DNA of 32,000 nucleotides from Wolbachia endosymbiont of Cimex lectularius (GTDB lineage Bacteria; Pseudomonadota; Alphaproteobacteria; Rickettsiales; Anaplasmataceae): NCBI RefSeq assembly GCF_000829315.1, contig NZ_AP013028.1, positions 330,001 to 362,000 of the forward strand, read 5' to 3'. Shown piece by piece: positions 26,501 to 32,000 of this stretch (position 1 is its first letter; each line of letters starts with the position of its first letter). The notes under the pieces were generated by a model. It saw only the letters and a program-made list of their open reading frames with translations, ran no database searches and was not told where the DNA came from. The position numbers and the translations under genes were made by a program.

Positions 26501-27360
26501 GAACCTGTTTAAAATCTTGGAAATGTGAGGTAAAGTAAGCATAGATTAATAATGAGGTGTCTATGCAGAAAAGTTATCCAAGTAATATAAGTCAAGAGCA
26601 GTTTGAAAAAATCAGGCCAATTTTGGAGAGTAGCAAGCAGAAAACAAAACCAAGAAAACTTGATTTGTATGACGTATTTTGTGGGGTGTTGTACGTCTTA
26701 AAAAGTGGTTGTCAGTGGAGGATGTTACCAAAGGGTTTTCCAAGATGGGAAAGCGTATATTACTATTTTCGAGTGTGGAGTAAAAAGAATGGAGAAGAGC
26801 CAAGCTTGTTGGAATTAGTCTTAAAAAAAATTAGTTGGAGAGGTCCGTATCAGCAATGGTCGGAAAGAGAAAACTAGCTTTTGTATAATTGATTCTCAAA
26901 GCGTTAAAAACGCAGATACTGCTGAAAAAAAAGGCTATGATGCAGGTAAAAAGATTTCAGGGATAAAGCGCCATATTGCAGTTGATACACAAGGTTTGCC
27001 ACATGCAATTTATGTAACAACGGCAGAAGCAACTGACCGTAGCAGTGCTGTGAAAATGGTCGAAAATGCTAAAGCAAACCTCTCTGAAGTTAAAAACATA
27101 CTGGTTGATGCTGGCTACACAGGAGAAAATTTTGCAACACAAATAAAAGCTATCATTGGTGCGACTGTTGAAGTAATAAAGCGAAGTGAGTTACACACTT
27201 TCGTCGTATTGCCAAAAAGATGGGTTGTTGAACGCTCTTTTGCCTGGTTAGAAAAGTGCAGGCGATTGTGGAAAAATTGCGAGCGGAAGCTCAACACTAG
27301 CTTACAGATGATAGTCCTCTCCTTCATTTCTCTCCTGTTACGAAGATTTTAAACAGGTTC
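26501..27360 (+). mobile_element. IS5-family insertion sequence, copy 4
   Basis: 860 bp. TAA duplication at 26498-26500 and 27361-27363. Removing it restores ...GIIYVLLIPLGIEWIIAPL in frame. Confidence 0.9.
26557..27352 (+). CDS. IS5-family DDE transposase (orfA 26557-26877, orfB frame 26825-27352)
   Basis: The orfA frame has start positions congruent to 1 mod 3 and orfB congruent to 2 mod 3. The orfB frame opens inside the A8 run at 26823-26830 and runs without a stop to 27352. Confidence 0.85.
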
Positions 27361-28791
27361 TAAAGGAATCAATAAAACATAGATTATTCCAAGCGGAATA
27401 ATAATCAATGTAACTATTGGTATAGCAATTAAATTTATGATGATGCCGCTGATTGAAAGGTAATTAAAATTGTATACCGTGTATGGAACAGTCGCTAAGC
27501 TTGCTATTACTGAGCTGATCATTATCGACACAAAATATTTTATTATTTTTATTTTGAACAGCTTGTTGGCATTAATCTGATAACTAGCAACCAGTGCCAA
27601 AACGGCAGAAAACGACATCTGAAAGCCGGGCTTTAAAATCGCTTCTGGTTCTACTATAAGTATCATCGAAGCAGCAAACGCAATTGCTATTAATCCCCGA
27701 TATTTCCTCTCTATTATTATGGCAACAAGTACCAAGATCACCATAATATACGCACGCTGAGCAGAAATTTGTATACCGGTGATCAGCAGATAAAATATGG
27801 TTGGCAAAATGGTGAGAAATGCAGATATTTTCTTGGTGTTATACTTAAGGGTTAAAGTTTCAGATATTGCAAATAAATTACGAAACACTATAAAAAACAG
27901 GCCAGCAACGAATGATAAGTGCAGACCAGATATAGCAAACAAATGTACTATGCCTGAATCTCGTATTGCATCCATAGTTTTTTGGTCTATTCCATCCTTT
28001 TTACCGATCAGTAATGCGGAGATTATGTCTGCATGAGGTTTTTTGATATTTCGTTGCAGGTTTTCATAAATATATTGACGGAAAGATTCTATATACTCTT
28101 GAAATTTCCTTGCTTTAGCCTTTTTATGCAAAGCTATTTTGCTCGTTGCAAAGCCTGTAGCACTTATTTTCTGATAATAGGCTACTCTTGCAAGATCATA
28201 TGCATACTCCGAAGGTGCGATCTTTGGCGGAAAAAGCTTTGCTGACAATTTTATTTGATCGCCTATTTTAATGCCTTTTTCTACTTTAGTTCTAACTGAT
28301 ATTCTTATGTTGTCTAAAGCAATGTGGCCAGTGCGTGACGCTGGAATTTGTGTATTTTTTTCTGGATCCAAGTGTCTGGGCGCTGGGATAACAGAAGGAA
28401 GCTTTTCAACAGAGAGCAGAAACTGTCTATATGAGCCCTTATTGCTAATATCCTTTACTGTAGCAACGATATTTTTTACATACCTCTCCTTATCAAGAAT
28501 TTGAGTATCAACTAAAGCTGTTCTCAGCTTGCTGGCTGTAAATCCTACAAGCACTGTAATCAAGGCGATACATAATATTGCATACCTTTTGTACAGTATT
28601 GCAATTAGAATTAGTATAGGTAAAAGCGAGAGAAAAATAGATGTAGTAAAAACACAGCTTGGTTCAAAGCTTAAAGAGAAATAGGTCAAAATTCCTACAC
28701 ATTGACATACGGGAAACCACAGTATCAAGTTATATTTCTCGCTGCGTAGGTTATTGCGTATATAACCGGCTGTGATGTCAAGAAAAGTCAA
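27361..28791 (-). pseudogene. comEC: comEC/rec2 fragment 1 of 3 (N-terminal, competence domain)
   Basis: Polytopic membrane protein with the ComEC competence-domain signature ...LLIGKKDGIDQKTMDAIRDSGIVHLFAISGLHLSFVAG.... The ORF-track Met at 28911 lies inside the tRNA on the opposite strand, so the real start must be below 28875. The TTG at 28791 is a guess. Confidence 0.7.
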
Positions 28792-28874
28792 TAAATATAT
28801 AAAATGTGTGCAATAGTAGGATTTTATTCTTTTATTTTCTATTATTGTATATATAATAACTAAATAAACAACGA

Positions 28875-28948
<74 letters not shown>

Positions 28949-29204
28949 CTTGATCCCACTACCATTAAGTTAAGGAAAGAAGAGTTAAGATTAGACAAAA
29001 AAATTTGAAGTGATTGGGTCATTATGATGAATTTTTAGGCAAATAAAATCCAAGAGATTTGAAAAAATAACAACTGTAGACTGTTTGAGACGAAAGACGT
29101 AACACTCAACTTTTCTTAACTTAATGGCAGTGCTCCTGTCATCCTGGTGCTTCCTTTTCCTGTCATCCAAGTAGCCTTCTCTTGTCCTTCCAGTGCCCAT
29201 TTCT

Positions 29205-29360
29205 TGTCATCCCAGCACGCGACGCTGGGATTCAGCATTTCCATAATCATCAAAACGTCGTATTTTAACATAAGATCAGCCGCTTTCTATGTTCACAAAA
29301 TTAGTTTGCTTGCTTACAAGCAAACTTTCCTGGATTCCAGCGTCACGCGCTGGAATGACA
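29205..29360. mobile_element. MITE-like hairpin-TIR element, copy C (diverged, with extra internal hairpin)
   Basis: TGTCATCCCAGCACGCGACGCTGGGATTCAG ... CCTGGATTCCAGCGTCACGCGCTGGAATGACA. The core shares CATTTCCATAATCATCAAAACGTCGTATTTTAACATA with A and B, then diverges. It contains a perfect 10-bp hairpin at 29303-29326. Confidence 0.65.
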
Positions 29361-29793
29361 CCCTTCACAGTCTTTTAAACTGCTTTAGCTATAAGTATTA
29401 AGAATTTTACCAAGTGAAGAAAAAAAGCAAAAGAAGCCCTAGTCAATATCTGCTCAAAAATATTGGCATCTTTTTAGCCTTAAACGCTGCAATTTAGCTG
29501 CTTTTAAACTACAACTAATCTTGACTTAAACGTTAAGAAATTTACTAAGCAGAAAAAAAGGCAAAAGAAATCCCGCGGTAGAAGTTGCTCACTCTCTAAT
29601 CCTGCAAATTGGCGTACTATACTGTCTTGAACGACTTATAAGCGCGTTTGAGCTTGTATAGGTAAAAAACCAGAAGTTTTAAAAAGACATACAGTGCACA
29701 TAGTGCAAAAAATTAGACATGAGACGCCAAATATGCTAAGTTTTTTTGTCCTTTAATCTGCACAGACTGAAGATAAATAATAACTTTAACCTT

Positions 29794-29822
29794 ATGATAA
29801 TGGGTTTGGAAGAACTTGTCAA
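29794..29822 (-). promoter_or_regulatory. sigma70-like promoter motif at the right edge of repeat copy C
   Basis: Minus strand: TTGACA (29822-29817), 17-nt spacer, TATCAT (29799-29794). Confidence 0.4.
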
Positions 29823-29917
29823 GTAGTTTTTTCGTATGTGCAAAGGCTGGTTTAATATGCAAAAAGTCTATTGATTTATAGGCAAATGTGGCTATTATTT
29901 GTAGTGTATAAGTATTA

Positions 29918-30777
29918 GAACCTGTTTAAAATCTTCGTAACAGGAGAGAAATGAAGGAGAGGACTATCATCTGTAAGCTAGTGTTGAGCTTCCGCTCGCA
30001 ATTTTTCCACAATCGCCTGCACTTTTCTAACCAGGCAAAAGAGCGTTCAACAACCCATCTTTTTGGCAATACGACGAAAGTGTGTAACTCACTTCGCTTT
30101 ATTACTTCAACAGTCGCACCAATGATAGCTTTTATTTGTGTTGCAAAATTTTCTCCTGTGTAGCCAGCATCAACCAGTATGTTTTTAACTTCAGAGAGGT
30201 TTGCTTTAGCATTTTCGACCATTTTCACAGCACTGCTACGGTCAGTTGCTTCTGCCGTTGTTACATAAATTGCATGTGGCAAACCTTGTGTATCAACTGC
30301 AATATGGCGCTTTATCCCTGAAATCTTTTTACCTGCATCATAGCCTTTTTTTTCAGCAGTATCTGCGTTTTTAACGCTTTGAGAATCAATTATACAAAAG
30401 CTAGTTTTCTCTTTCCGACCATTGCTGATACGGACCTCTCCAACTAATTTTTTTTAAGACTAATTCCAACAAGCTTGGCTCTTCTCCATTCTTTTTACTC
30501 CACACTCGAAAATAGTAATATACGCTTTCCCATCTTGGAAAACCCTTTGGTAACATCCTCCACTGACAACCACTTTTTAAGACGTACAACACCCCACAAA
30601 ATACGTCATACAAATCAAGTTTTCTTGGTTTTGTTTTCTGCTTGCTACTCTCCAAAATTGGCCTGATTTTTTCAAACTGCTCTTGACTTATATTACTTGG
30701 ATAACTTTTCTGCATAGACACCTCATTATTAATCTATGCTTACTTTACCTCACATTTCCAAGATTTTAAACAGGTTC
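29918..30777 (-). mobile_element. IS5-family insertion sequence, copy 5 (flanks do not match)
   Basis: 860 bp with TIRs intact. The left flank is TTA (29915-29917) and the right flank is TCA (30778-30780), so there is no perfect target duplication. Confidence 0.9.
29926..30721 (-). CDS. IS5-family DDE transposase (orfA/orfB joined at A8 run 30448-30455)
   Basis: The translations are identical to those of copy 4. Confidence 0.85.
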
Positions 30778-32000
30778 TCAGATAAAAGCTCCCCTACTTG
30801 AAATTCAACTATCTCAAGTGGAAAGTTTGCGCTTCTATTTTCAATTCTATGGGAAACTTTCCTTGGAATTTCTACCACATGATTTGTCGCTATACCGCAC
30901 GTTTTTTTCCCTAAATTTATATATCCAGCTCCTGACAGCACTATATGGTACTCATCTCTATAGCAGTGAAACTGCCTAGAAGTGCAGCTCAATGGGCTTA
31001 TAAACAGATATTTTATAAGAAAATTCTCGCCCATTAAAACTACACTGCAAAACCCCCATGGCTTGATTTCTTTCCTTATTGCCTTCGCTTCCTTAACTTT
31101 ACTAATAAATGACATTAAGCTCTTATCTGGCTGCTTGCAAGCTCTACTTAATAAATTTTTTGCACTACTTTCTGCTGTGAAATTTTGCTCTTTTTTTCCG
31201 GTCACATGCTGGAATGACACCGGTTCTTTATCAAATCTCTTACTTAATTCTAAAACTGCATTCCAAGTCCCAACATCCATCCAATCGAAATTAGCCTCTA
31301 TCATTGCAACGTTTTCCGCTTTCTCCATTATCAAATAATCAATGGATACGCCTTCAACTCCCAAAATCCCGCTGCCTTAAATACAGAAATCCCTCTTGTG
31401 GTGTGGAATGTTGCGCACTTGCACAACATAAATTATAAAGATTTGGGGCAGATCTTTTCATCTCATCTACATAGCGTTTTGCTTTAAACACGAATATTCC
31501 AGAGTTCCAGTAATGATCGTTACTCAATTCGTGCTCAGGTTTTTCTGTGAAACTCTTAACTATATGGTATTTCTCCTGCTGACCATAAACTGCATTGATA
31601 TAGCCATATTCGGGATTAAATTCATGAGGCTTTACTCCAAAAGTAACTATAGAGTTAGTTTCAGAGGCTATCTGAGCCGCTTTTTGAGCAGAAGCATAAA
31701 AATTGCTCAAATCGCCTATAAAGTGGTCTGAAGGCAGAATTAACATTACCTCATCTTCATCGCAAAGAGGTGCAGCAATTAATATTGCTGCTGCTGTTCC
31801 GATCTTTACCGGCTCAAAAATCACTTTATACTCTTGCAGCGCTTTTAATTCCTCCATCACTAACGATTCATACCGTATATTTGTGGCAATTATGGGCGGC
31901 ATATAGTCACTTTTTAGTCTCAATAAAGTGTTTTGAAGCATGGTGTTATGACTAAATATTTTCTGAAATTGCTTTGGCTTGGATAAAGGCCAAAGCCTAC
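30778..32000 (-). pseudogene. mannose-1-phosphate guanylyltransferase / mannose-6-phosphate isomerase (ManC/CpsB-like), frameshifted, 3'-truncated by IS, 5' end beyond window
   Basis: The frame is open to the window edge (RLWPLSKPKQFQKIFSHNTMLQNTLLRL, part of the nucleotidyltransferase N-terminus). A frameshift lies within 31357-31376, between ...EGFLYLRQRDFGS* and ...GVEGVSIDYLIMEK...WMDVGTWNAV. The cupin C-terminus (KPWGF...EIVEFQVGELLSE) runs straight into the IS end. Confidence 0.7.

Larger units (their letters stand above)
29137..29832. repeat. composite intergenic repeat module, copy C
   Basis: Contains four tandem ~21-24-bp TGTCATCC-type half units, the hairpin-TIR element, two units of period 135 bp (TTAAGAA(A/T)TTTA at 29398 and 29533), and a conserved tail ending TTGTCAAGTAGTTTTTT. 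Confidence 0.8.

Noticed and set aside
24960-26542. ORFs 24960-25181 and 26036-26542 as independent small genes.
   Set aside because: Their ends are encoded by IS terminal sequence (MLTLPHISKILNRFL... and ...KNLFKILEM), and their interiors join in frame with the ComEC ORF.
26821-26835. Classical minus-1 programmed ribosomal frameshift on A AAA AAA.
   Set aside because: The minus-1 frame reads AAT TAG immediately after the run. The DDE frame is +1 relative to orfA.
25204-27360. Functional composite transposon formed by IS copies 3 and 4.
   Set aside because: Each IS has its own 3-bp duplication, and the bracketed 437 bp is colinear and in frame with the flanking comEC pieces. These are therefore two independent insertions, not a transposed unit. 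Future mobilisation remains possible.
29137-29235. Possible CRISPR-like array of ~23-bp repeats.
   Set aside because: Only 3-4 degenerate units directly abut one another with no unique spacers, and there are no cas genes in the window. The units are partial copies of the MITE arm.
28991-29401. 69-aa and 84-aa ORFs in repeat module C.
   Set aside because: They are composed of the TGTCATCC-type units and hairpin arms. They have no start context and are not conserved as ORFs in modules A and B.

Overview
AT-rich chromosomal segment whose gene content looks like an obligate intracellular alphaproteobacterium. It is most consistent with Wolbachia (Anaplasmataceae), but that is inferred from recalled motifs and repeat types; no search was run. 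Housekeeping genes present are cca, ychF, glpX, ppdK, dnaG, a fused rpiB-ubiG, rluD and an initiator-type tRNA-Met. They are interleaved with lineage-specific genes: an OTU-type cysteine protease with eukaryote-like motifs, weakly ankyrin-like acidic proteins, orphan membrane and coiled-coil proteins, a toxin-like DXD glycosyltransferase and an orphan GTA ORFg15-like tail protein. Five almost identical 860-bp IS5-family insertion sequences make up about 13 percent of the window. They split comEC (two insertions), a VirB2/TrbC-like pilin gene and an ankyrin-like paralog, and one truncates a manC-like gene. Further frameshifts affect rluD, the glycosyltransferase, the ORFg15 homolog and manC, so roughly a third of the loci look decayed unless recoding or assembly error explains them. 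The most unusual signal is non-coding: a 0.6-0.7 kb composite module occurs three times in the same orientation. Each copy carries a hairpin-ended MITE-like element, one or two 135-144 bp units, and a conserved tail that begins at a conserved TTGACA-N17/18-TATCAT/TATAAT promoter-like motif on the minus strand. This may be an undescribed transcribed or mobile regulatory element. All similarity statements rest on reading the translated ORFs and recalling family motifs.
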